Assembly: GCA_038043445.1 (NCBI GenBank)
Contig: JBBTBY010000043.1
Location: 279 to 64,278 of the forward strand
From: Spirochaetota bacterium
GTDB lineage: Bacteria > Spirochaetota > Brachyspiria > Brachyspirales > JACRPF01
DNA: 64,000 bases
Direction of reading: 5' to 3'
Made by a program: the position numbers and the translations under genes. This document shows, in pieces, positions 1 through 8,829 of this stretch. The notes beneath the pieces are model-generated. The model saw only the letters and a list, made by a program, of their open reading frames with translations, ran no database searches and was not told the DNA's origin. Each line of letters starts with the position of its first letter. Within the stretch, counting starts at the first letter, position 1.

Positions 1-644
1 TCCACTGCGCGCCCGCGCATGGTGATGCGGTAGCGCGAGGGTATATCCCTGAGATAGTTCCTGCCGAATTTTGCCGCGTACTCCTCTATGCGATGCGGCT
101 TGCTTTCGTCGAGCGCGCTCACGTTCGGGTAGAATTCGCGCATCCACGGGAACACGGCGACGTCGGCACGTTCGCAGGCGCCGATGACGCCCTTCACCTT
201 GCGGAACGGGATGAATTCATTATGGAACGGGCTTATCGATATGAGGAGCGTCGTAAGCCCGTGCTTCTTCAACGCCGAGAGCGTACGCGCCGCGCTTTCC
301 TCGTCGTGGAACCACGATGAATTCGTCTCGACGTATTCCACGGTTATGCCGCGTTCATGAGCGGTCTTGAGCACTTCTTCGAGCGCGGAGATATTGAGGA
401 ACGGTTCGCCGCCGCCGATATGTATCGATGCTATATGGAGCGAGCGCATCGTTCGGAACAACGCTTCCGCCGTCTCTCTGGTGATATATTCTTTTTCCCA
501 TCGCGGTGACGATCCGTAGAGACAATGACGGCATGCGGACGAGCACTGATAGTTGGTGATAAGCCCGCCCGAGGAAAGTTCCGCGATCGTGAGCGACTTC
601 AACGCCTCTGCTCCATGGCGATGAACGCCCCGAGGAGCGCCCAT
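1..644 (-). CDS. radical SAM protein (C-terminus lies beyond left window edge)
   Basis: Absent from the ORF track because there is no stop inside the window. Minus-strand translation from ATG 644-642 gives MGAPRGVHRHGAEALKSLTIAELSSGGLITNYQCSSACRHCLYGSSPRWEKEY...SIHIGGGEPFLN... This has a canonical CX3CX2C Fe-S motif and a GGGEP SAM motif. An alternative TTG start at 602 overlaps the upstream stop (TTGA). Confidence 0.7.
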   Translation of the reverse strand, partial: MGAPRGVHRHGAEALKSLTIAELSSGGLITNYQCSSACRHCLYGSSPRWEKEYITRETAEALFRTMRSLHIASIHIGGGEPFLNISALEEVLKTAHERGITVEYVETNSSWFHDEESAARTLSALKKHGLTTLLISISPFHNEFIPFRKVKGVIGACERADVAVFPWMREFYPNVSALDESKPHRIEEYAAKFGRNYLRDIPSRYRITMRGRAV

Positions 645-1834
645 ACGAAGCTCCCGCCGGTGACGGCAAAGAGCGTGTAATCGCTCATGCCCTGAAGGAG
701 AACGGCGATGATGCCGGCATAGATCGCCGCGCATACGGCGAATTCCCTTCGCCCGCGGGAGAAGAGCGTCCTCAGGAACGAGGATCCCTTGATGAACACT
801 GCCGCAAAGAACGCGATGACGGCGAGGAGCGCCGGCATACCGTAGGCGACGGCTATCTCTATCGCATTATTGTGCGCGTGAAAATAGTAGCCGTCCATGC
901 CTTTCGCGACATAGTCCCGGCCGGCTGCCGTCCCTTCATAGAAATAATACTTCCAGAGGCCGTTGCCGATGCCGAAGAACGGGCGCTCGGAGATGAGCTC
1001 GCCCGCGCCGCGCCAGAAATGCGCGCGCTGTGAAACACCGATATGGCGGTTGGACATCACCTGCTCGATCTTCTGCTGCAGCGGTGTGTCGAGAAGCCGG
1101 TTCTGGAACATGAACATGAGCACTATCGCCGCGAGGAGAACAGCGAACACGGTGAAAAGCGCGATGCGGCGCGGTGCGATGGCGATGACAAGCGCCACGA
1201 ACAGTATGGGAAATACGATGAACGATGTTGTGGAGAAGAGGCAGCCGATGACGACGATGTTCATCGCGAGGAGTGCCGACCAGAAGATACGCGCCCCGGT
1301 ACGGCGGACGAAGGCGGCAATGCCGAGATTGATGAGCGTAACGGCGGGCCAGAAATGGACATTGGACATGACCGGATGGAAAAGCCCCCCGGAGCGCTCA
1401 TGGGTGATGATGAAATCGCGTATTATCACGCCCCCGTTCACCGCCATGGCGGCGAACAGCACCAGGATGAGCGGGGCATCCCTTCGGATGTCGAACATGG
1501 CGGCGAAGGATATGAACAGGAGGAAGAACGCCAGCATGCCCGGGAAACGCCCCCAGCTGTGCGCCGCATGCGGCCCGAACGAGGCGATGACGGACGATAT
1601 GATGATGAAGAGGAAGAAGAGCGAGGCGGTGATGATGCGGATATCCCGCAGCGGCACCGACGCGCGACGGCGTATGAGCGCGATGAGGAACGACACGATG
1701 ATGATGCCTTTGCCGATCTCGATGACCGAGGTGGAGATGGGAAGCCCCGCGCAAAGCACGATGAAGCCGAACTGGAACAGCAGTCGTTCCTGCGCCTCAA
1801 GGCAGTATGTTCGAACACGTGCAGCAATAGCCAT
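599..1834 (-). CDS. O-antigen ligase / Wzy_C family polytopic membrane protein
   Basis: 411-aa multi-TM ORF. It carries the Wzy_C-type region GIGNGLWKYYFYEG...DGYYFHAHNNAIEIAVAYGMPALL. There is a 12-nt gap to the upstream gene, and its stop overlaps the next start. Confidence 0.75.
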   Translation of the reverse strand: MAIAARVRTYCLEAQERLLFQFGFIVLCAGLPISTSVIEIGKGIIIVSFLIALIRRRASVPLRDIRIITASLFFLFIIISSVIASFGPHAAHSWGRFPGMLAFFLLFISFAAMFDIRRDAPLILVLFAAMAVNGGVIIRDFIITHERSGGLFHPVMSNVHFWPAVTLINLGIAAFVRRTGARIFWSALLAMNIVVIGCLFSTTSFIVFPILFVALVIAIAPRRIALFTVFAVLLAAIVLMFMFQNRLLDTPLQQKIEQVMSNRHIGVSQRAHFWRGAGELISERPFFGIGNGLWKYYFYEGTAAGRDYVAKGMDGYYFHAHNNAIEIAVAYGMPALLAVIAFFAAVFIKGSSFLRTLFSRGRREFAVCAAIYAGIIAVLLQGMSDYTLFAVTGGSFVWALLGAFIAMEQRR

Positions 1835-1846
1835 CGCTCTATCCTG

Positions 1847-3304
1847 TTATGAGAAGTCTTTGAGGTGCCCGAAGAACACCTTCCGGAACGCCCGGTAGTA
1901 ATATGCGATGTCGTCGGCGTCGCGCAACGACAATAATTTATGAAGAAGGAATCGCGGATGAAAGCTCAGCGAGTAGAGCTCCTGCACGGCACGCTTTATC
2001 GCAGCCGCATCCATCTTGCCGGTCATGATCGGTTCGCGCATGTCATACCGTTCCCAGTCCCGCGTGACAAGGATATCGGCGCGGTCGCATTCGTCGAAGA
2101 GGGGCGTGCCCGGGTACGGGATGACGATGGTCGCCTGCATGGTATGCGCATAGCCTTTTATCATGAGCTCGCGGGAAAGCGCTATCGTGCGTGCCACGTC
2201 GTCCTCGTTCTCCCACGGATAGCCGAACATGACGGTGATATGCGGCGAAAGCCCCGCGCGTTTCGCATCGCGGCAGGAGGCGAGGATATCACTGACCGAG
2301 AGGCGTTTTACCACGCGGTCGAGCGTCGCCTGATTGGCCGACTCAAGCCCGAACAGTATGAAGCGGAAGCCTGCCTTGCGCATGTGGCGGTATTCGTCAT
2401 AGGTAAGCGCCCCGAATCGCATATTGCAGTCGATGGTGACGCGGCGGTTGAGCTTCCTCCGTATCAGTTCATCGCAGAAATTGTGGAGCCAGCTCCCGAT
2501 GGGGAAACAACCCGTATCGTCCATCACCTCGCGGATATGGAAGCGTGTGACGAGGGATTCTATCTCATCGACGACATGGTCAACGGCGCGTACGCGGAAA
2601 TTGGGGAAGAGCGTCGTCCAGGAGCAGAACGTGCAGGCATGGTGCCAGCAGTCGCGCCCGGACATGATATAGGTGCCCGGCAGGCGCTTATAATTGCCGT
2701 TGGCGTATGCGTATTGCTTCCAGTTCGTAAGTTCACGATCGATGACCGGCGCGGCATTGAGATCATGCGAAAGCGTGAAATGGCCGCTCGATACGACGGC
2801 GCCTTTGTCACGGTAATAGATGCCCGGCTCAAGCGCGGTGCCGTCAGCGATATGATCGACGAGGTTGGCGAGGAGGAAATCGAAATCGCCGCCGGTGAGG
2901 ACATAGTCCACCGACGAACGTTCCATGGATTCCATCGGGAGCGCGGTTACATGGTCACCGGCGAGCACGGTGATGATGCTCTTATGCCGGTTCTTGAGCG
3001 AATCGATGACGTCCCAGTAGTAGCGTATCACCGGTGTCTTCGCCTCGAAGAGAACGAGGTCGGGCTTTTTCGCGTCGATGAAATCGAGCCATTGCATGAC
3101 GGTCAATCGCTCGGCCACCGCATCCTTGAAAATGACATCGTATCCCTTTTCCTTGAGCATGGTGGCGGCCGTCGCGGGTATGACGGGATAGATGTACGTC
3201 GGCGAATTGAACCACTGGAACTGCCGGTTCTGCGAGACGAGGGGTATGCCCTTGTTGCTTTCGATGGGAGGGAATCCCACCATTATCGTGCGTATCGTTC
3301 CCAT
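1847..3304 (-). CDS. B12-binding domain radical SAM protein (atypical CX4CX2C motif)
   Basis: 485 aa. The N-terminal part looks like a cobalamin-binding Rossmann domain (KEKGYDVIFKDAV...KPDLVLFEAKTP). The radical SAM core then has GRDCWHHACTFCSW, which I verified from the nucleotides. Confidence 0.8.
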   Translation of the reverse strand: MGTIRTIMVGFPPIESNKGIPLVSQNRQFQWFNSPTYIYPVIPATAATMLKEKGYDVIFKDAVAERLTVMQWLDFIDAKKPDLVLFEAKTPVIRYYWDVIDSLKNRHKSIITVLAGDHVTALPMESMERSSVDYVLTGGDFDFLLANLVDHIADGTALEPGIYYRDKGAVVSSGHFTLSHDLNAAPVIDRELTNWKQYAYANGNYKRLPGTYIMSGRDCWHHACTFCSWTTLFPNFRVRAVDHVVDEIESLVTRFHIREVMDDTGCFPIGSWLHNFCDELIRRKLNRRVTIDCNMRFGALTYDEYRHMRKAGFRFILFGLESANQATLDRVVKRLSVSDILASCRDAKRAGLSPHITVMFGYPWENEDDVARTIALSRELMIKGYAHTMQATIVIPYPGTPLFDECDRADILVTRDWERYDMREPIMTGKMDAAAIKRAVQELYSLSFHPRFLLHKLLSLRDADDIAYYYRAFRKVFFGHLKDFS

Positions 3305-3328
3305 ACCGTTATCGTGCGTCCATCGGGC

Positions 3329-4246
3329 TTACAGTATCCGCCATACGATGAGGTAGTACATCACCGGCAGCGAGAAGATAACACTGTCAAAACGATCGAG
3401 CACGCCGCCGTGGCCCGGGATGATGTTCCCCGAATCCTTCGCCGCGAACGCGCGTTTGATGAGGCTCTCGCCCATATCGCCGATGAAGCCGACGAACACG
3501 AACAGGAGCGATACGAGTATTATCTTCACATCGGAGAACGCGTATCGTTCGCCGAACGCGAAGGTGAGCGCACCGAGCTGCACGAGCTTATTGAGCCCGA
3601 AGATGATGGCCGTGGTGATGACGAACGCGGCAATGAGCCCCTCGATCGATTTGTTGGGCGATACGCTGTCCTTGAGCTTGTGCTTACCGAAGCGCGAGCC
3701 GAAATAGTAGGCGACCGCATCCGCTATCCACACGATGGCGATGGGGAGGACGAGATAATATTTTCCGTGTTCGAGCATGCGCAGCGCCGTCATCTGCCAG
3801 ACGAAGAAACCCGCGTAGATGGATGCGAACACCGCCATGACAATGGCGAGCCCCGTGGCGCGGTCGTATTTCGAGCGGAAGATGTTCACGAGGAAAAGTA
3901 TCGCCACAAGCCCGCCGATGACGGCCATTTCCGGTTTTCGTATCGCTTCGCTGAACGTCCCGCTCTTTATGATGTCAAGCGACATGTTCCCGAGCGAGAG
4001 ATGCATGCCCGTATCGAGCATGACCCAGCCGGAGCGCACGACGATATACGCAGCGACGAGATAGAGCTCCGTGATGATGAGCGTTACCGGTTCGCGCTTG
4101 ACGAGATCTGCCATGACGAAAAGTTCGTAGATGCCGATCATCGAAATACCGATCGTCCCGATATGGAGGAGCGGAAGGAACATATCGTGGAACATGGCGA
4201 CGAGAAATATCGGCAGAAGTATTATCGCCGGCAGTATGCGTTTCAT
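3329..4246 (-). CDS. cdsA: phosphatidate cytidylyltransferase
   Basis: 305-aa polytopic protein with the CTP-transferase signature GDMGESLIKRAFAAKDSGNIIPGHGGVLDRFDS. Confidence 0.85.
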   Translation of the reverse strand: MKRILPAIILLPIFLVAMFHDMFLPLLHIGTIGISMIGIYELFVMADLVKREPVTLIITELYLVAAYIVVRSGWVMLDTGMHLSLGNMSLDIIKSGTFSEAIRKPEMAVIGGLVAILFLVNIFRSKYDRATGLAIVMAVFASIYAGFFVWQMTALRMLEHGKYYLVLPIAIVWIADAVAYYFGSRFGKHKLKDSVSPNKSIEGLIAAFVITTAIIFGLNKLVQLGALTFAFGERYAFSDVKIILVSLLFVFVGFIGDMGESLIKRAFAAKDSGNIIPGHGGVLDRFDSVIFSLPVMYYLIVWRIL

Positions 4247-4290
4247 GCGTGCATTGTACGGTGATGATGATGAAAATGCAATGGCGGCGG

Positions 4291-6168
4291 TCAGCGCGAT
4301 GCGTGCAGCACCTGGTTCTCCGCGAACGGGAACTGGATATGGAAGATCGATCCCTCACTCGACGATGTCGCCCAGATACGCCCGCCGTGGCGCACGGCCA
4401 CTTTCTTGCAGATGGCAAGACCGATGCCTGTACCCGAATACTCCCGGGACACGAGGCGCCGAAAAACGGAGAAAATGGAATCCGCCTGCGATTGATCGAA
4501 GCCGATGCCGTTATCGCGCACGGTGACATGCCAGCCGTCGTCCTCGCGTGCCGCCGACAGTGCGATGGCGAGCGGTTCTCGGGAACGGAATTTGAGGGCA
4601 TTATCGATGAGGTTCTGAAAGAGCTGCGAAAGCTGCACCGCATCGCCCTGAATGACGGGGAGCGTATCGATCGAAATGCCCGTGCTGCTCTCGTCGATGC
4701 GCTGGCGCATGCCCGTGATGACCGATGCGACGATGTCGTTCAGATCGACCGCGGTGAACGCCTGCCCGCGGTTGCCGGTACGCGCATAGGAGACGAGGGC
4801 ATCGACGAGTTTCTGCATGCGGTCCGCTTCCTCGACGATGGCGCGTATGTACGTCTGCGCTTTATCATCGACGAGGGACTCGAAGCGTTTCTGGAAGAGG
4901 AGCGCGAAACTCGATGCGGTGCGCAGCGGCTCCTTCAGGTCATGAGAGACTATCGATACGAATTCCTTAAGCTCCTGGTTCGAGTGCACGAGCTCGTCGG
5001 CGTATGAGTGCAGCGCCGCCTCGGCGCGTTTTATCGCGTACAGATGCCCCACGTTCGCCGCGTAGAGCGTGAGCGTGCTCAAGTCGTGCTCGTTGAACGG
5101 CGTACCGGTGAGAAGATTATCGATGCACATGGCGCCGATGATGCGCCCCCCGTCGATGATCGGTGCGACGGCGTTCTCACCCTTGCCGACGGCGCTCCCG
5201 GTATCGTCCCTGAGCGCGGTGTCCGCGGCGTGCACGCTCTTCCCTTCGCGGAGCATGCGTGAGGGAAGATCCTCGCTCAGCATGGCGACGCGTTTGTCGC
5301 GTTCATCGCGCACGGCACCCGCCTCATCGATGCCGAACGTGCCGGTCATCGCCGTAGTATCGTCGGTGAACAGCCACACCGAGATGCGCGGGAAACCGAG
5401 CACGTTCTTACCGCCGTCGATGACATGCCGGATAAAATCATCGAACGAGGGCTTGCGTGCGAGTTCATTGATGAGGGCATTGAGCGCGGTGAGCCGTGCG
5501 GTGAGTTCCCGTTCCTTCCGTTCGCGCTCCGCGAGCGTATCCATCATCCGCTCACGTTTGCGTATCTCGTCAAGGCCGAGGGCTACCGCTTCATCGAGTC
5601 TCTTGACCGCCACATGGACCGTGGTGAGCGCGATCATGAGCGAGAAAAGGAACATGAAAAGCGACGGTATCGCCGGGACGGGAAATATCCGGGGAAAGAC
5701 GATGCCGTACATCCCGAGCGCGATGATGACGCTGAGCACGATGAGGATGGCGCCCGATGCGATGAGGCTCGCGCGCGTGCCGAAGAGCAGCCGTACGAAC
5801 ACCACCAATGCGACATAGTGGGATATGTTGGCCCCGGACATGCCGCCGGAAAGGATGACGACGCCGGTGATATAGATCCCGGTCGCGGCGGTGAATACGA
5901 GGCATGCGGCCATGACATGCCCTCGTTTCATGAGCGAGTAGGACGTTATCTCGACGACAAGGATCACCCCGATGACGACCGCGCTCGGTATTTTCGCGGG
6001 GAACACGAAAATAAGGGCGAATACTGAAATGATTATGACCGGGATGAACATGGCGATGAGAGGCATGAGCAGACCCGCCTGCCGGGTGCGCTCATGATCG
6101 CCGGGAAATGTCGGTGGTGCAGCGAGGGAAATGATGCGGCGAAGAACGGAGTGTGTCGCGCCTTTCAT
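4291..6168 (-). CDS. membrane sensor histidine kinase (multi-TM N-domain, coiled coil, GAF, HisKA, HATPase_c)
   Basis: H-box FVSIVSHDLKEPLRT, N-box QNLIDNALKF, G1 VRDNGIGF and G2 GTGIGLAICKK are all present. The track ORF (885 aa, to 6948) is over-extended into the antisense of pdxJ. ATG 6168 lies 7 nt downstream of a TTGACA-17-TATAAT promoter. An alternative ATG at 6066 (MPLIAMF) remains possible. Confidence 0.8.
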   Translation of the reverse strand: MKGATHSVLRRIISLAAPPTFPGDHERTRQAGLLMPLIAMFIPVIIISVFALIFVFPAKIPSAVVIGVILVVEITSYSLMKRGHVMAACLVFTAATGIYITGVVILSGGMSGANISHYVALVVFVRLLFGTRASLIASGAILIVLSVIIALGMYGIVFPRIFPVPAIPSLFMFLFSLMIALTTVHVAVKRLDEAVALGLDEIRKRERMMDTLAERERKERELTARLTALNALINELARKPSFDDFIRHVIDGGKNVLGFPRISVWLFTDDTTAMTGTFGIDEAGAVRDERDKRVAMLSEDLPSRMLREGKSVHAADTALRDDTGSAVGKGENAVAPIIDGGRIIGAMCIDNLLTGTPFNEHDLSTLTLYAANVGHLYAIKRAEAALHSYADELVHSNQELKEFVSIVSHDLKEPLRTASSFALLFQKRFESLVDDKAQTYIRAIVEEADRMQKLVDALVSYARTGNRGQAFTAVDLNDIVASVITGMRQRIDESSTGISIDTLPVIQGDAVQLSQLFQNLIDNALKFRSREPLAIALSAAREDDGWHVTVRDNGIGFDQSQADSIFSVFRRLVSREYSGTGIGLAICKKVAVRHGGRIWATSSSEGSIFHIQFPFAENQVLHASR

Positions 6169-6175
6169 TGCGGGG

Positions 6176-6204
6176 ATTATACGTCGGTGTTCTTCATCTG
6201 TCAA
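6176..6204 (-). promoter_or_regulatory. sigma70-type promoter of the sensor kinase, leaderless geometry
   Basis: The minus strand reads TTGACA gatgaagaacaccgacg TATAAT ccccgca ATG(6168). Both hexamers are consensus, the spacer is 17 nt, and the start codon is 7 nt after the -10. Confidence 0.55.
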
Positions 6205-6214
6205 TTTTCGCGCT

Positions 6215-6243
6215 TTGCTTTTTTGGCATGGCCGGTGTATAGT
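6215..6243 (+). promoter_or_regulatory. sigma70-type promoter of pdxJ
   Basis: TTGCTT ttttggcatggccggtg TATAGT is followed by an 18-nt leader containing GGAG, then GTG 6262. It lies back-to-back with the kinase promoter. Confidence 0.45.
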
Positions 6244-6261
6244 GCCGATACGGAGCCCACA

Positions 6262-6987
6262 GTGCCGACACTTGGCGTCAATATCGATCATGTCGCGACG
6301 ATACGCGAAGCACGCAGGACGAACGAACCCGATCCGGTGCATGCTGCCGCGCTCTCGGAGCTCGGCGGTGCGGACGGGATAACCGTGCACCTGCGCGAGG
6401 ACAAGCGGCACATACAGCCGCGCGATGTGAAGCTCCTCCGCGAGACGGTGAAGACGAAGCTCAACCTTGAAATGAGCGTCGCCGATGTCGTCGTCGATGC
6501 GGCCGTGAAGATAAAGCCCGATATGGCCACGCTTGTTCCCGAAAAACGCGAGGAGGTCACCACCGAGGGCGGGCTCGATCTCGCGGCGAATTTCGATGTG
6601 CTGAAGACCGTGACCGAACTCCTCATGAAGAACGGCATACCGGTATCGCTCTTCATCGATCCGGACATGGAGATGATGAAGCTCGCAAAGAAACTCGCGG
6701 TCACCTATGTGGAACTCCATACGGGAAGCTATGCGAACGCGAAGGGCGATGCGTTCCGTGCCGAGCTCAGGAAGCTCGTCGATGCTGCCGCGTGGGGCAA
6801 TGCCAACGGCATCATCGTCAATATGGGACACGGCATCAACTATAAGAACATCATCCCGCTCCTCGCGGTACCGCGCATCAACGAGTACAACATCGGCCAT
6901 GCGATAATATCGCGCGCGGTCTTCACCGGCATCGAACGCGCGGTACACGACATGTGCGACGTCATCGAGAATTACAGGATAGACTGA
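6262..6987 (+). CDS. pdxJ: pyridoxine 5'-phosphate synthase
   Basis: VPTLGVNIDHVATIREARRTNEPDPVHAAALSELGGADGITVHLREDKRHI matches the PdxJ N-terminus as I remember it from E. coli (LGVNIDHIATLRNAR...GITVHLREDRRHI). GTG 6262 has a GGAG 6 nt upstream, and the predicted promoter sits upstream of it. The track start at 6094 lies upstream of that promoter. Confidence 0.9.
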   Translation: MPTLGVNIDHVATIREARRTNEPDPVHAAALSELGGADGITVHLREDKRHIQPRDVKLLRETVKTKLNLEMSVADVVVDAAVKIKPDMATLVPEKREEVTTEGGLDLAANFDVLKTVTELLMKNGIPVSLFIDPDMEMMKLAKKLAVTYVELHTGSYANAKGDAFRAELRKLVDAAAWGNANGIIVNMGHGINYKNIIPLLAVPRINEYNIGHAIISRAVFTGIERAVHDMCDVIENYRID

Positions 6988-7397
6988 TGGACCCGCGCTG
7001 TGCCGAGATACGCGTCCGCTACGCCGACACCGATCAGATGGGCGTGACCTATTACGCGAACTATCTCGTGTGGATGGAGGTCGGGCGTACCGAGTATCTG
7101 CGCAACATCGGCATTACCTATCGCGATCTGGAGACCGTCGAGGGGATAATACTCCCGGTCAAGGAAGCGTTCATCGACTATAAGGCGTCCGCGCATTATG
7201 ACGACATCGTCGTCGTGCGCTCCACCATCGACGAGTTCACGCGTGCACATATGAAGATATCCTATGAGCTCAGACTGAAGGATGACGGCAAGCTCCTTGC
7301 GACCGGCTACACCGTGCATCCGTTCCTTAACCGCGAGAAGAAGATAACCCGCATACCGGTCGCGTTGTTCGAAAAGATACAGGGGGCAATGGGATGA
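6987..7397 (+). CDS. acyl-CoA thioesterase, YbgC/4HBT hotdog family
   Basis: IRVRYADTDQMGVTYYANYLVWMEVGRTEYLRNIG is the typical YbgC-type N-terminus. ATG 6987 overlaps the pdxJ stop (TGATG). Confidence 0.8.
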   Translation: MDPRCAEIRVRYADTDQMGVTYYANYLVWMEVGRTEYLRNIGITYRDLETVEGIILPVKEAFIDYKASAHYDDIVVVRSTIDEFTRAHMKISYELRLKDDGKLLATGYTVHPFLNREKKITRIPVALFEKIQGAMG

Positions 7398-7684
7398 TGA
7401 GTTTTCTAATGGGACTGCTCAAGGGCCTGCCGGTGGCCGAGGCGATTCGCACCGGCGTCAATGTCATTGCCGGCATGTTCGGCCAGAAATTCAGCGAGGA
7501 AGAACGCAAGCGCCTTGCCGCTGCCATCGATGAGAAAGTAGCGCATCGGCTTGCCGAGGAACGCGCCGTCGTCACGGAAGAGCTCCGGGCGCTTCGCACC
7601 GTCGTCCGCGCGCTCGTCATCCTCGTCGTCATACTCGTGCTTGCCGTCCTTGCCATTGCGGTGAAACTGTTCTTCCTGAAATGA
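7394..7684 (+). CDS. small tail-anchored membrane protein, unknown function
   Basis: 96 aa. It has an amphipathic N-terminus, a charged helical middle (EEERKRLAAAIDEKVAHRLAEERAVVTEELRALR) and a C-terminal TM (LVILVVILVLAVLAIAVKLFFL). There are ATGA overlaps with both neighbours. Confidence 0.5.
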   Translation: MMSFLMGLLKGLPVAEAIRTGVNVIAGMFGQKFSEEERKRLAAAIDEKVAHRLAEERAVVTEELRALRTVVRALVILVVILVLAVLAIAVKLFFLK

Positions 7685-8829
7685 ACCGCGGAGAGCGCAT
7701 CCGTTCGATAGGCATCATGCATCCGGATTGTGCCGCACGTGGCGGGGCGGAGAACGTCATTTTCTGGGAATGCGACGAGCTTCACCGCCGCGGCATCGCG
7801 GTGAGCGTATACAGCAGATCGTTCCCCGCCGATATCCCGAAGTCGCTCACACCGGTGTACGCGCCCATCGGATTGAAGCTCCTTTCCTGGCCGGCATCGG
7901 CGACACAGCTGGGCAATGCGCTTTCTGTCCACGATGCGGTCATTCTCCATAATTTCCCCGCTGCCATGCATTACGGCTTCGCCGCGGATAATGCCCGAAA
8001 GCACGGACGCCCGATCCCAAAAGCGATATGGTACTGCCATGAACCCAAGCGCCCGTATTACGGCGATAATGCCGCGCACTGCAAGGTGCTCGAAGAAAAG
8101 CGAAAGCGCTCGCTGCGTCTGGATGAGATGAACACGGTGCGCCTCGATAAAAAAGGCGTTGCACAGGTGTCATCCATCGTGGCGAACAGCGGGAAATCGG
8201 CTCAACACGCCGCCGCCGTCTATGGCCGCGATGTCGGTGTGGTCTATCCGGGCATTCCCGATTCCATGCTCGCAGGAAAGAACGCGGAGCGAGAGCGCCG
8301 TTTCATCTTCGTAAGCCGTCTCTTCGCGCTCAAGAACGTGTTCACGCCGCTCATCGCGTTCCGCGAATTCATCGCGCGCAACCCGCGGTCGAAGGAAACG
8401 TTCGCCTTTGTCGGCGACGGACCGGAGCGCGAGAATATCCGCTCGCTCGCTCGCTCGCTTAACATCGCGGACCGTGTAGAGGTGAAAGGCTATGTGAACA
8501 ACGCCGAACTCGATACGCTCATCGCAACATCGCTTGCCGTCGTGTCCGTGCCGCGCACGGAGCCGTTCGGTCTCCTTACGCTCGAGGCATGGGCGCGCCG
8601 TACGCCGCTTATCCTGTCCGCGGACGCCGGTTCAGCGGAGATTGCCACGCACGGCGAGAACGCGATCATCGTCGACCCCGACAATCCATTGTCGATAGCA
8701 TGGGCAATGGAGCGCATCGCCTCCCCGTCATATGCCCGCTCGCTCGGTGAGAACGGGTATCGGACGCTCATTCATAGATATATGATACGGCATCATGTGG
8801 ATGGATTGCTCGCGCGTCTTCGGCACTAA
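7681..8829 (+). CDS. glycosyltransferase family 4 (GT-B, group 1)
   Basis: N-terminal GGAENV motif and C-terminal EPFGLLTLEAWARRTPLILSADAGSAEIATHGENAIIVDP, which is the E-x7-E region. Confidence 0.8.
   Translation: MNRGERIRSIGIMHPDCAARGGAENVIFWECDELHRRGIAVSVYSRSFPADIPKSLTPVYAPIGLKLLSWPASATQLGNALSVHDAVILHNFPAAMHYGFAADNARKHGRPIPKAIWYCHEPKRPYYGDNAAHCKVLEEKRKRSLRLDEMNTVRLDKKGVAQVSSIVANSGKSAQHAAAVYGRDVGVVYPGIPDSMLAGKNAERERRFIFVSRLFALKNVFTPLIAFREFIARNPRSKETFAFVGDGPERENIRSLARSLNIADRVEVKGYVNNAELDTLIATSLAVVSVPRTEPFGLLTLEAWARRTPLILSADAGSAEIATHGENAIIVDPDNPLSIAWAMERIASPSYARSLGENGYRTLIHRYMIRHHVDGLLARLRH

Noticed and set aside
1940-4264. 774-aa plus-strand ORF, the longest in the left part of the window.
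   Set aside because: It runs antisense, in codon register, across two well-supported minus-strand genes (B12-radical SAM and cdsA) and the gap between them. Its translation is the typical Arg/Asp/His/Glu/Ile-rich shadow composition with no recognisable motifs. It stays open only because the sense genes avoid the TTA, CTA and TCA codons.
4291-6948. 885-aa reading of the histidine kinase ORF.
   Set aside because: The first ~260 codons are antisense to pdxJ and have shadow composition. A consensus promoter sits 7 nt upstream of the internal ATG 6168, from which the membrane domain begins.
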